The notes under the pieces were generated by a model. It saw only the letters and a program-made list of their open reading frames with translations. It was not told where the DNA came from and searched no databases. This document shows, piece by piece, positions 40,007 to 49,578 of a DNA stretch of 64,000 bases; the stretch's first letter is position 1; every line of letters begins with the position of its first letter. Both the position numbers and the translations under genes were made by a program. Where the stretch lies: sequence record PQ464590.1; one strand, given 5' to 3'.

Positions 40007-40579
40007 TTACCAGTTAATTGTTCCCGTTTGGGTTGGATACCCAGTACTTACGGGGAATGCCCCTCCAATGTTAGTAGTACTGGCTCTGTAATTGCCGAAT
40101 CGGGAAACTGTTGCTATTGTATTAGATGTTACTGCACTGGCATTTGTTATAACTTTACCAATAAACATATTTACGTTAGTTTCTGGCTCTTCAGATGTAT
40201 TAACATGATATGATGGAACACCCATAGATAAACCAACATAAACATTATATGTCCTATTTGCACTAAGAGAAATTGTTTGAGTTGGAACAGTTATGTTTAA
40301 CCCACCCATAAAGAGTGGGATAACTTTATTAAAAACTAAATTAAGACCTGATGATGTTATGTTTAACGCTGTATCATAAGGACTTCCGTATTGCGAAAGT
40401 GGAAAATCCCTAATAGTACTGTTAGTATAATCTTCAGTAGCTACTGGGACATTAATTGCCCCAGCACTATTTGTATTATACACGGTCCCATCATTAGTAG
40501 TAATTGATACACCTGTGTTTTTATTTTGAACAACTACATTTTTTGCAGTGTTCACATCAGCTTTTATTTTATAAGACAT
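40007..40579 (-). CDS. Short paralogue of the fibre proteins (shared C-terminal domain)
   Basis: FIGKVIT...GGAFPVSTGYPTQTGTINW. Confidence 0.7.
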   Translation of the reverse strand: MSYKIKADVNTAKNVVVQNKNTGVSITTNDGTVYNTNSAGAINVPVATEDYTNSTIRDFPLSQYGSPYDTALNITSSGLNLVFNKVIPLFMGGLNITVPTQTISLSANRTYNVYVGLSMGVPSYHVNTSEEPETNVNMFIGKVITNASAVTSNTIATVSRFGNYRASTTNIGGAFPVSTGYPTQTGTINW

Positions 40580-40588
40580 ATATTATCC

Positions 40589-43291
40589 TTACCAGTTAAT
40601 TGTTCCTGTACCTGCTGGTGTACCATAACTTACTGGGAACGATGAACCAGCAGCAGTTAATGACTCACCAAAAATATCCAATCTAGAACGTTTGATAATA
40701 TCAATACTATCTATTTGTAATGCATTAGTGGTGATATTACCAATCCAGAATAAGTTATATGCAGATGTGCCTGTTTCAGCAATTACATTTTGGCTTATGG
40801 TGTACTGTGCAATACCCTGGACTAATTGAACATATACGTAAAATGTTTTATTAGCAGGTGATGCTGTTATTGAAGTCAAGTTGATTGTTGTTATTGGTAA
40901 TGTGAATGATTTACCACTCAACATCACGGGTGTCTCTTCTGTAAAATATACTATAAAACCCTGAGCTACATCTTGTGATACAACGTTAATCGGCGTACTG
41001 ACTTTGGGAGTCCATGCATCAAAGTCTGCTATAGTAGTACCATACGAGAAGAAAACTTGTTTACAGTTCAAGTCTGCTTGTCTAATAATACCAAATCCCT
41101 GTCCAGGTAATGCAAATGGCTGCGTACCGTTGGAATATGATGTATATGTATTGTCAACAACTAATCTACTAAATTGTGAAGTACTTTTATCAACTATTCC
41201 TCTGAAATATATACCAATTGAGTTACCAATTGTATTTCTTGTCATAGGATCTGCCCCACCAACAAAATAGAATGACCCACCATCATAAATTGTTATACCA
41301 ACACTACTGTCAGACAAATACGCAGTGTTATTACCTTGTAAACCACCAGTATAAACACCAGAACTTACCAGACGTTTGAACGAAATTGTATTAATTGTTC
41401 CAGTTCTGGAACTTACATTCACCTCAATAAAACGATACACGTATTGAAGATCATCAGTAACAGTACTTAACATTGCAAATGCAGGAATATCAGACTGTTG
41501 TGGGACATATAACGTACAATCCTTAGATGCACCAGGGCTAAGTGTTTCAGTGAACTTTGCAAATTCGGAATTCTTCAAGTTCAGTAACTGAGTACTATTA
41601 ACCGAAATCGTCCCAGAACTGCCACCCGTTGCATTATATGAAAGTGGAGTACTTTCACGTAAGCCTTGAACAAATATACCACCATTTGCAGTAACTGTGC
41701 TCCCACTTACTGTACTAATAAACACTCTATTAGTATCATTCATTGCAATTTGTGCTCTATTTGTGGTCGGTTCATACCCATTCATTGTTCCGTACGTTAA
41801 TGACCTAAATGAAAACGTTGGGTTTGCAGAGTGAACTGCATATGAATTAGCTTTAGTACCGTTTGCCTGGGTTGAAACTTGTTTAGTACTGGTTGCCGAT
41901 AATAGTTCTGGTCCAGTAATATAAGAACCAATAATTGACCCGAATGAGTTATTCATTTGACCATATTTTATTGAACCAATTGAGTTTGAATACTGCTTAA
42001 AGTTCAACATATTATATGGTGTTATATTAACATTGTATCTACAAAGCTGAATAGTAGGCGGTTCCTGTAAGTTCGGAGTATAAACAGCAACCACTACATT
42101 TAATGGAGTGTAATTATATGTTGTTGCAATATTTACCGCCCCATTGTGTACGTATAGTTCATCTGTCGTTATTACATTACCAGCAGCAACAGGTAAAGAA
42201 TTGGAAATGGTAACTCTCATTGGAGCATTCGATGTAGTTGCATAACCAGAATCAACATTAACACTTTTTGAATTCGGGTTGAATACAAAACTAAAACCAT
42301 GTTGTGGTCTTATAGTTCCAGATGTTGTAGCTGCGTAACAGTCTCCATTGATACGAACACGAATATTTCCAGTACTGGCATCCTGTAACGCAACAACATC
42401 AATAGATACCATATAAGGACTCATTGCAAATAAATTCGCATCGTATAATACATATGGTTCGTTCGCTAACGAAGTTGATCTAACACCGCCAGCAATTTTA
42501 ATATTATTGTAGTTACTCATTGGGTAAAACACAGAACCGTTAAATCCAGTTAATCGTGTTGCAGTGAACGTCCCATTTGTGGCATTGAATAATACCCTAA
42601 CAACTGATAATTCAAATTTAGTATCGGATAGCATTGAACCGAAATAATAAATGTATCCATCAGTTCCTAACATACAATATATTAATTCTCCACCCTCTGG
42701 AAGAACAGTACTACTTGGAATTAAAAATCCAGTATGTTGAGAATCATCAAGTGTTCCATTCATCAATGAAGTATAAAAACTGGTATGCACTGCACCTGAA
42801 CTTGTAATTAGCTGACCACAAACAACATTAGTGTCAGTACTTACACAAGATACTGGTGTATATCCAGCAGGAATATATCCAGGCTGATATTGAACGTTAG
42901 TGTTGGTGGATACTGAATTAATTACATCTTTGTTTAAAATATCAGGAAGATATGAATAGTAAAGCCCTGATATTGAACCATTTGTTCCTGAACGTAAAGC
43001 AACGTAAGTACCATCACGTTCAATGAAGTGTTTAAGTCTTCTGTACTGTGAGTTTTCAGATGCACCCACAAAGTCGCCGGAAACACCAGCAGGTAGGTAA
43101 TTGTGTGTACCATAATGTGATAGAGGCATAACACCTACAATTTCATTCAATTCTTGGATAGTATAACCATCCCAATTCATATTACCAGCGGAATCAAAGG
43201 TTGCCGCACCATCAATACTTTGTACTGTTCTCTTTCCTAAAGCGGTGGCGTTATGTGTTACATTATAACCACCATAAATTCGTTTAGTCAT
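40589..43291 (-). CDS. Tail fibre / baseplate-associated structural protein (900 aa)
   Basis: MPLSHYG...LP..VSGDF.GA; C-terminus WIGNITT...GSSFPVSYGTPAGTGTINW. Confidence 0.7.
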   Translation of the reverse strand: MTKRIYGGYNVTHNATALGKRTVQSIDGAATFDSAGNMNWDGYTIQELNEIVGVMPLSHYGTHNYLPAGVSGDFVGASENSQYRRLKHFIERDGTYVALRSGTNGSISGLYYSYLPDILNKDVINSVSTNTNVQYQPGYIPAGYTPVSCVSTDTNVVCGQLITSSGAVHTSFYTSLMNGTLDDSQHTGFLIPSSTVLPEGGELIYCMLGTDGYIYYFGSMLSDTKFELSVVRVLFNATNGTFTATRLTGFNGSVFYPMSNYNNIKIAGGVRSTSLANEPYVLYDANLFAMSPYMVSIDVVALQDASTGNIRVRINGDCYAATTSGTIRPQHGFSFVFNPNSKSVNVDSGYATTSNAPMRVTISNSLPVAAGNVITTDELYVHNGAVNIATTYNYTPLNVVVAVYTPNLQEPPTIQLCRYNVNITPYNMLNFKQYSNSIGSIKYGQMNNSFGSIIGSYITGPELLSATSTKQVSTQANGTKANSYAVHSANPTFSFRSLTYGTMNGYEPTTNRAQIAMNDTNRVFISTVSGSTVTANGGIFVQGLRESTPLSYNATGGSSGTISVNSTQLLNLKNSEFAKFTETLSPGASKDCTLYVPQQSDIPAFAMLSTVTDDLQYVYRFIEVNVSSRTGTINTISFKRLVSSGVYTGGLQGNNTAYLSDSSVGITIYDGGSFYFVGGADPMTRNTIGNSIGIYFRGIVDKSTSQFSRLVVDNTYTSYSNGTQPFALPGQGFGIIRQADLNCKQVFFSYGTTIADFDAWTPKVSTPINVVSQDVAQGFIVYFTEETPVMLSGKSFTLPITTINLTSITASPANKTFYVYVQLVQGIAQYTISQNVIAETGTSAYNLFWIGNITTNALQIDSIDIIKRSRLDIFGESLTAAGSSFPVSYGTPAGTGTINW

Positions 43292-43322
43292 TTTATATCC
43301 TTTTCTGTAGATATCACTGTAT

Positions 43323-43328
43323 TATTTA
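43323..43328 (-). promoter_or_regulatory. Putative late promoter (TAAATA) for the fibre operon
   Basis: ATAAATA ~30 nt upstream of 43291. Confidence 0.55.
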
Positions 43329-43337
43329 TGAGTAAAC

Positions 43338-43361
43338 GAAAAAAGCACCCTAGGGGTGCTT
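43338..43361 (-). terminator. Intrinsic terminator (copy A of a 24-bp direct repeat)
   Basis: GAAAAAAGCACCCTAGGGGTGCTT. Confidence 0.85.
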
Positions 43362-43830
43362 AGTAGTCAATTCCTTTCTTGAGGATTTTCTGATTATTAG
43401 AACCTCTGAATGATAAGGTCAAATCTTTTTGTGAATCAATAAATTTACCATCGATAAGAACATCACAGTACTGAAGGATACCAGATGCATGATTATTCTG
43501 AACTTCCTGAAGAGTATATCCGGTCCAACACCAAATATTCTTATTCGGATACTTCTCCTTCACAACAGAACATAACTCCAGAACAGTACTGATATTTTTA
43601 GGCATCAATGGATCACCTCCTAAGAGAGACAAACCATCTATGTATGGCTTGGATAATTCATCCAATATTTCTTGTACAGTTTCAGTACTAAATTCAGTTC
43701 CTGAACGATAGTCCCACGCTGACTCATTGAAACAACCTACACATCCATGAGAACACCCAGATACAAAAAGGGAGCATCTAACTCCCTCCCCATTTACCAA
43801 ATCACCCTTGATTATTGTTTGATATCTCAT
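43360..43830 (-). CDS. nrdG: Anaerobic ribonucleotide reductase activase
   Basis: NGEGVRCSLFVSGCSHGCVGCFN radical SAM motif; GSNNQ. Confidence 0.95.
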   Translation of the reverse strand: MRYQTIIKGDLVNGEGVRCSLFVSGCSHGCVGCFNESAWDYRSGTEFSTETVQEILDELSKPYIDGLSLLGGDPLMPKNISTVLELCSVVKEKYPNKNIWCWTGYTLQEVQNNHASGILQYCDVLIDGKFIDSQKDLTLSFRGSNNQKILKKGIDY

Positions 43831-45644
43831 TTGTGTTTTACTCTCTTCATCACTTCTTGTTGTTTACCTTTATTGAAAGGTCTACTATTTGGTGAACTTA
43901 GATATCCAGATACTCTACGAATAACTGACATATTATCTTCATCTCTGTTGTTACATATTGGACAATGGAAACCATTCTTATCAACTGCAAATTCACCTTC
44001 AAATGAACAAGAATAACATTTATCTACTGGCTGGTTTATACCGAAGTACGGTACTTTTGTGTACGCATAATCAACAATTCCTTCTAATGCTTTGAGATTC
44101 TTATATAGATTAGGTGTTTCAACGTAGCTAATATTACCACCGTTACTTAGTAATGCGAAACCAGATTCGTATTCGAATTTATCAAATATAGTACCGTCAA
44201 CCCAAACAGGCTGGTGGAATGAATTAGTGATGAAGTCACGTTTTAGTACTGAAGGATATTTCTTCTCAATACATTTCGCGAATTTATAACAAAGTGATTC
44301 AGCAGGTGTGCCATATAAACTGAATGCAATATTTGATTCAGTCTTGTACTTCTCACATTTAGATTTCATATAATTCAGAACACTAATACAAAACTCCTTA
44401 TCCTGAACACCTTTTAGAATATCTGAACATTCAGCTAAACCAACAAACCCAATACTAATACTTGCGTACCCATCATAAAATAACTGCTCAATAGTATCAT
44501 CAGCTTCTAATCTAGCCAATGCACCTTCCATGAATAATGTAGGGTTCTGACGTGCAGTAGTATTCTTTAGACGCTCTACACGGTTCATTTGAGCACGGAA
44601 TGCAATATCCATATGCTCGCCTACCTTGTCGATGAAATCACCGTCTGATGAACTCTCAAGAGCAATAAGTGGTAAGTTCAAGCTCACAACGCCTAAGTTG
44701 AATCGACCATTGTATTGTTCAGCCCCAGTACTGTCCTCCCATTGGGAAAGGAATGAACGACAACCCATAGGGGTAACTGGTTCAGCAGTGCTTCCGGTAA
44801 CATTTCTGTTCAGTGGTACAGAAACAAAGTCAGGATAGATTCGTTTAGATGCACATTCTAATGCTTTTAGCTTCAGGTCGTAATTCACATCAGTACCGTT
44901 CAGGTTTGTTCCTTCTTCTAAGAAGAAAACAACTTTAGGAAATACTGGTGTGTGACCATCAACACCTAAACCTTTACTATGAACACCAAGATATGCTTCA
45001 GTAATCATGCGTCCGTACTTGGATGTATTCAGACCTAAGCTAATAGTAATGAATGGTGTTTGACCATTAGAACTTGTAATGGTATTCACTTGGTATAGAA
45101 GGGCTTGCATTGCATCATGAACTTCTTTCTTCAATGAATCCATAACGTACTCATCAGAAAGATTATATTTTTGTTGTTCTTTTAGAAGTCTATCATGTGA
45201 TTTTTTGACATACGGTTCTAGACCATAATCGATGTGGGCTAATGATTGACCGCCATATTGTGCTGCTGAAACTGCAAGTACTATTTGTGTCAGTACTGTA
45301 CTTGCTACACCAATACTATTCGGTGAGCCAATTTGTGCATTTCCAATTTTGAAGCCATGTTCCAGCATATCTGGATAATTTACTAAGCAACAGTTAGTAA
45401 GTGGGCTAATATAGTAATCTAAGTCATGAATATGTCCGTATCCATCATTGTGCCATTTCATCAAGTCTTCAGAAACTACTTCATTTGCGTAGTGCTTAGA
45501 AAGAATACCTGCCAGTAAATCACGATGTGTGTTTACCATTTTGGAATCTTTGTTCGCATTCTCTCGAAGAATATCAGGATTATTTTGGCTCAAAAAATCT
45601 CGTACGTCCGAATATAGTTCATCACTTCTCATATAACTCTCCAT
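43827..45644 (-). CDS. nrdD: Anaerobic (class III) ribonucleotide reductase
   Basis: HIHDLDY, LTNCCL, GQTPF, PMGCRS, YGTPAESL, Zn ribbon and RRVSGYL; start may be 45632. Confidence 0.97.
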   Translation of the reverse strand: MESYMRSDELYSDVRDFLSQNNPDILRENANKDSKMVNTHRDLLAGILSKHYANEVVSEDLMKWHNDGYGHIHDLDYYISPLTNCCLVNYPDMLEHGFKIGNAQIGSPNSIGVASTVLTQIVLAVSAAQYGGQSLAHIDYGLEPYVKKSHDRLLKEQQKYNLSDEYVMDSLKKEVHDAMQALLYQVNTITSSNGQTPFITISLGLNTSKYGRMITEAYLGVHSKGLGVDGHTPVFPKVVFFLEEGTNLNGTDVNYDLKLKALECASKRIYPDFVSVPLNRNVTGSTAEPVTPMGCRSFLSQWEDSTGAEQYNGRFNLGVVSLNLPLIALESSSDGDFIDKVGEHMDIAFRAQMNRVERLKNTTARQNPTLFMEGALARLEADDTIEQLFYDGYASISIGFVGLAECSDILKGVQDKEFCISVLNYMKSKCEKYKTESNIAFSLYGTPAESLCYKFAKCIEKKYPSVLKRDFITNSFHQPVWVDGTIFDKFEYESGFALLSNGGNISYVETPNLYKNLKALEGIVDYAYTKVPYFGINQPVDKCYSCSFEGEFAVDKNGFHCPICNNRDEDNMSVIRRVSGYLSSPNSRPFNKGKQQEVMKRVKHK

Positions 45645-45744
45645 GTTTTTATTGTGATTTATTTAGATATCAAAGAACCCATTATACACCGAACCTTGGC
45701 TTTTTTCATTGATCTAAATCAACGATACATCAAATGCTTAAAAT

Positions 45745-45768
45745 GAAAAAAGCACCCTAGGGGTGCTT
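45745..45768 (-). terminator. Intrinsic terminator (copy B of a 24-bp direct repeat)
   Basis: Identical to 43338-43361. Confidence 0.85.
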
Positions 45769-45773
45769 TCATT

Positions 45774-46187
45774 TTATTTGCTTTCAGATTTTTGTTCTTC
45801 GCCCCAAGCATTTTGCTCTGGAACCGGAACAGCTTCAGCCCCGTTCCCTACTGTACTACAATTGTGTTCGTTTAGCTCGATCTTCAACTGCATCGCGGCT
45901 GCTTTGTTCTCTTCATGGGAGCCATTCATCACGAATCCATTCTTGATAAGACCAAGGGTATAGTGACGGTTGTACAGGAATGCCCATACGAACATAGCAA
46001 TAATACCACCAATTCCTGTAGTAGCAGTTAGAATAGAGTACACTACGAATACGCCGATAAAGGTGATCCAATCCGCACGGAACAGTGCAGGGAAGAATCC
46101 GAAGAATAGTGTAGTCCAGGAGAAACCAGTATAACCAGTTTTTAGTTCACCCGTTTTAGGGTTTTTCATTGCGATAGGGTTTGCCAT
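45774..46187 (-). CDS. Membrane protein, DUF2628-like
   Basis: GFSWTTLFFGFFPALFRADW...YNRHY..GL...G. Confidence 0.7.
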   Translation of the reverse strand: MANPIAMKNPKTGELKTGYTGFSWTTLFFGFFPALFRADWITFIGVFVVYSILTATTGIGGIIAMFVWAFLYNRHYTLGLIKNGFVMNGSHEENKAAAMQLKIELNEHNCSTVGNGAEAVPVPEQNAWGEEQKSESK

Positions 46188-46196
46188 TTTATTTCC

Positions 46197-46634
46197 TTAC
46201 CAGTGCATGGAGTTAGGGTGTTCATAAATTTCATCAAAGAATTCAACAGTACTAATAAAGTTAACTGCATCTTCTTTGTCAAAGAACCGCATGAAAATAT
46301 CGCCATCATCACATCCAACGAACCATACGCAGTACTTATGCGTCTTGACTCGTTCTAGGAATTCATCACGATAATACTCATGTTGTAATTTATCTTCTTC
46401 TCGTGCTTTAGGACTTATATCCTTTTCGTACCAGTACTCAATATCTGTCATGGTATCACTGAACTGCCCAAATACTGGAGTTACACGTTCATATTCAGTG
46501 TTCTCTCCGATATTTGGAACAGAATAGTAATTCAATGCATCGTTCAGTACTGGTAAGAATCCTAAGAATTCATCATTCTTAGTTCTTGTTCTGAAGTAAT
46601 CTTGTACTTCAATACCGTCAGTATGTTGAAGCAT
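46197..46634 (-). CDS. Hypothetical acidic protein
   Basis: Start at the TAATG overlap (MLQHTD). Confidence 0.65.
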   Translation of the reverse strand: MLQHTDGIEVQDYFRTRTKNDEFLGFLPVLNDALNYYSVPNIGENTEYERVTPVFGQFSDTMTDIEYWYEKDISPKAREEDKLQHEYYRDEFLERVKTHKYCVWFVGCDDGDIFMRFFDKEDAVNFISTVEFFDEIYEHPNSMHW

Positions 46635-46807
46635 TATTCTGGTTTCCATTGAATAGTTACAATGAATGAACCTTCATGGAATCCATGCTCATCTTGTGGG
46701 ATATTAGAAACTTCAGGGTTGAATTTTTCATCAAAAGCTTCATGAATATCACGACCAAGATCATAAAGACTTTCACCATCGTATTCTTTGGAGAAGATAG
46801 CTTTCAT
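46634..46807 (-). CDS. Small protein, 57 aa (not in ORF track)
   Basis: MKAIFSKEYDGESLYDLGRDIHEAFDEKFNPEVSNIPQDEHGFHEGSFIVTIQWKPE; RBS GAGGT; coupled at both ends. Confidence 0.7.
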   Translation of the reverse strand: MKAIFSKEYDGESLYDLGRDIHEAFDEKFNPEVSNIPQDEHGFHEGSFIVTIQWKPE

Positions 46808-47355
46808 CACTTCACCTCAAATAGACACTTAGCTGCTAGTACTTTTAGAATTTGTTCTGGCATTTCTTCATGAGTGAATTCACGCATATCGAAATATGGC
46901 ACACCTAGATCATCTAAGTTCTTCACAAATAGTTCATCAATGAACTTAGCTTCATCTTCGGACTGAGTGCGACCGTACTGGTCATATTCAGGTTTACGTG
47001 GAAGCAGGAATACCATGTTATCGTACTGGTTATACAATTTACGAGATAGTGAGGAACTCAAGTTCGCTTCGTCATCGTAGAACTCATTGTACACTACCGC
47101 GTTCAGTAGAGATGCATCAGAGATGATGAAATCCACTTTATTCAGTAAACGACGAAGACGATGGTTCTGAACAGCAGTAATCAGTACTTGATCAGCCATT
47201 GCTTCAGTATTGTTATCGTACACGAAGTCTTTGATAACTTCAGTTACGATCTCAACCTTCTGTCGAGTTTGTAGTTTCATAGCGTGGAATAGACCCGCAG
47301 CAGTAGTACTCTTACCGCAGCATGGTCCACCGACTAGATTCACAACAATTGTCAT
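46807..47355 (-). CDS. P-loop kinase, NadR C-terminal/AAA_28-like
   Basis: VNLVGGPCCGKSTTA, E.V.E..K, FIISDASLL and GRTQSEDEA. Confidence 0.75.
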   Translation of the reverse strand: MTIVVNLVGGPCCGKSTTAAGLFHAMKLQTRQKVEIVTEVIKDFVYDNNTEAMADQVLITAVQNHRLRRLLNKVDFIISDASLLNAVVYNEFYDDEANLSSSLSRKLYNQYDNMVFLLPRKPEYDQYGRTQSEDEAKFIDELFVKNLDDLGVPYFDMREFTHEEMPEQILKVLAAKCLFEVK

Positions 47356-47798
47356 TTCTTCACCTCGATTAGTAGTTTTTTGATCTCATTTTGTTCAGCG
47401 ATAAGATTCAGTGGTGCATTTAGGATGGCCGTGTGGTAACGGTCTATGACCTCCTGTACGGCGATGTTATACGCCTCTACACACTCTTCCATATTATCAA
47501 AGAACTCGATTGGTACGCCCGTATAGGCACGATAACCAGTATTGTCGAACACCTTGATTGGTCTTGACCATATTGGCTCATCTTTCTTATTCAGTGGTAA
47601 CAGTACTGTATTACTGTAATACACATTAGGCCATTTCTTTCCAGCTTCTTCGAAATCAGTCTTAGTGAATACGATGCATTTCTCTGGTGATACATTTCGA
47701 ACAGCTTTCTTATCTAGATCTGGCTTTCGATAGTCACATGCGTAAACAATTTTACCTCGCATCGAACTTTCGATTACATCATTTACATCAATTCTCAT
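47352..47798 (-). CDS. Hypothetical protein
   Basis: 148-aa ORF. Confidence 0.7.
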   Translation of the reverse strand: MRIDVNDVIESSMRGKIVYACDYRKPDLDKKAVRNVSPEKCIVFTKTDFEEAGKKWPNVYYSNTVLLPLNKKDEPIWSRPIKVFDNTGYRAYTGVPIEFFDNMEECVEAYNIAVQEVIDRYHTAILNAPLNLIAEQNEIKKLLIEVKK

Positions 47799-48205
47799 TG
47801 TCTGGACCTCGTTCGGATTTGAATAATTGAATCCATTTCTGCATCATGCATTGCCATGAATAGTTCATCAGCACTTTTCAGCACTAATAGAGCTAAACCA
47901 ACCAAATCAGGACGTTTACATGTATGCATCAATGTACTAATCATCTGGTGTTTTTCTTTATTGCAAGTATATGTCCACGGTATTGAATGCGTAGTTCCGC
48001 GTTTATATACAATTGGATCATAAGCAACATCTGTTATTGAAAATATTAACGAGTTGCCCATGTATACTTGAGAACGGTCAATTTCATACAATAGGTTGTA
48101 TTTTGATGTGAACATTATGTATTCACTATCATCAGGCGTGATTTGGTGTGTAATTTCATCACCAATAATTGCAGCGAGTTTCAGTACTAAATCCTTTTCC
48201 CTCAT
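47795..48205 (-). CDS. Hypothetical protein
   Basis: 136-aa ORF. Confidence 0.65.
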   Translation of the reverse strand: MREKDLVLKLAAIIGDEITHQITPDDSEYIMFTSKYNLLYEIDRSQVYMGNSLIFSITDVAYDPIVYKRGTTHSIPWTYTCNKEKHQMISTLMHTCKRPDLVGLALLVLKSADELFMAMHDAEMDSIIQIRTRSRQ

Positions 48206-48576
48206 GTATGAAATACCTCCTTTACATTATATTGTTCAATTGCAATAGAACAGATCTCACACGGTTTAGCAGGTACAGGATTACCATTGCTATCAATACG
48301 TGCAATTAAGAGGGTATGAACATCTTGGCGAGCAGCAAGTAGTACTGAAATCTCCGCATGAAGAAAGATAGCCTCTGGCTTACCAACTTTCACTGCGAAG
48401 TGTTTCTGTACTGGATGTGATGTTTTATACGTGTTTGTACGCGTACAGATGACCCTACCACGACGATCCAATGCACGGGCAATGACACGGTACTGTTTAC
48501 GACTAAGCCCCTTCTGGAGTTCCAGTGGGGGCATTTCACGCAGATCTTGTACTAACTTAGCTAACTTCGAATTCAT
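48202..48576 (-). CDS. Zn-dependent deaminase (CDA/dCMP deaminase fold)
   Basis: FLHAEI...KPCEIC. Confidence 0.85.
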   Translation of the reverse strand: MNSKLAKLVQDLREMPPLELQKGLSRKQYRVIARALDRRGRVICTRTNTYKTSHPVQKHFAVKVGKPEAIFLHAEISVLLAARQDVHTLLIARIDSNGNPVPAKPCEICSIAIEQYNVKEVFHT

Positions 48577-49199
48577 GTAAAATCTATGCCTGTTTTTAGT
48601 GACATACGATGAGTGAACAAGTCATGTTCAACCTCTATCAATATGAGCTTGATTTCTTCAACTTGCTGTACTGTAGCAGTTTTCATGAACTCTGTCAATG
48701 CAGTTTTGTAGTTTTCTAAATTTTCGATGTCACGAGGTAGGAATGTCTTAGTGACATCATCCAGTAGTTCGGATTTCCAGCTTCTTTCTCCTTTCGTGAG
48801 GCGGCCTGAATTCATCAAAAAACTACTTAGTGAAGATGTGCTTTGACTGATCTTGAACACTTCTTCTTCTTTGTTATCAATATCTTCTTCTGTATAGGGA
48901 CCGTACTTTGCCAGTACTAAATTGTACAGATTATCAATTGCTTCATCATACGTCCACCCACCGCAATCACAATCAACATCGTGTGAACTCACCCATTTCT
49001 TCACTTGGTCAGCCTCGAAGTACGGAGGGCAAAACTCTACCCAGTACTGAATCTTTGTGTTCAGTGGCTGATATTTCTCAACGCGTTCCGTACTTGGGCA
49101 AACCATATGCGGATCAATGCGAATCTCAACTTCAACAAAATCCTCATTGATAAATGCTGGGTGACGCATACAGAACCAATATTTGTCGTATGTATTCAA
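48573..49199 (-). CDS. Hypothetical protein
   Basis: 208-aa ORF. Confidence 0.7.
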   Translation of the reverse strand: MNTYDKYWFCMRHPAFINEDFVEVEIRIDPHMVCPSTERVEKYQPLNTKIQYWVEFCPPYFEADQVKKWVSSHDVDCDCGGWTYDEAIDNLYNLVLAKYGPYTEEDIDNKEEEVFKISQSTSSLSSFLMNSGRLTKGERSWKSELLDDVTKTFLPRDIENLENYKTALTEFMKTATVQQVEEIKLILIEVEHDLFTHRMSLKTGIDFT

Positions 49200-49421
49200 T
49201 TAGCGTTCCGTCCTTCCAATGTAAATCACATCAACCTTACAACGAGCCTGATTACCAACTGCCCCAGTAGCTGACCGTACTGGTTTTGGCATCAACGTAC
49301 CTTTTTGATGTAATTGTGCATGTTCGATAGATACAAAGAAGTTATCACCCATGTATTCTTGTGTGATAACTTCTGCTTCTGGATTCTCAAGGAGAATCTT
49401 CGCTAAGTGTTTTGCTTTCAT
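49200..49421 (-). CDS. Small MKxxxLAxxLL paralogue
   Basis: MKAKHLAKILLENPEAEV; RBS AAGGAG. Confidence 0.7.
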   Translation of the reverse strand: MKAKHLAKILLENPEAEVITQEYMGDNFFVSIEHAQLHQKGTLMPKPVRSATGAVGNQARCKVDVIYIGRTER

Positions 49422-49441
49422 TTACACTCCTTAGTTAAGGC

Positions 49442-49554
49442 GAAAGTACTATCACCCAGGGTGTTGGTAGTTCCGAGTAGGGATACCCTGAATTAGCATT
49501 GAAGCGTACGGTCTGATACTGATTTTACCCAGATGCACGGCTTATAGTACTTTC
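49442..49554. ncRNA. Candidate ~113-nt structured RNA or cis-regulatory leader
   Basis: 11-bp closing helix GAAAGTACTAT/ATAGTACTTTC enclosing two further stems; intergenic; strand unresolved. Confidence 0.45.
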
Positions 49555-49578
49555 TATTTTTCAATTAGTATCTAGTGA

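Noticed and set aside
43827-45644. Intron or intein in nrdD (or in sheath/ligase genes)
   Set aside because: The ORFs are continuous and of expected length, with no splicing motifs.
49442-49554. Small element as a hammerhead/pistol ribozyme, c-di-GMP riboswitch, SRP RNA or tRNA-Sec
   Set aside because: Only fragmentary resemblance (e.g. AAGCGU, CUUCAA); the required cores and pseudoknots were not found by eye.
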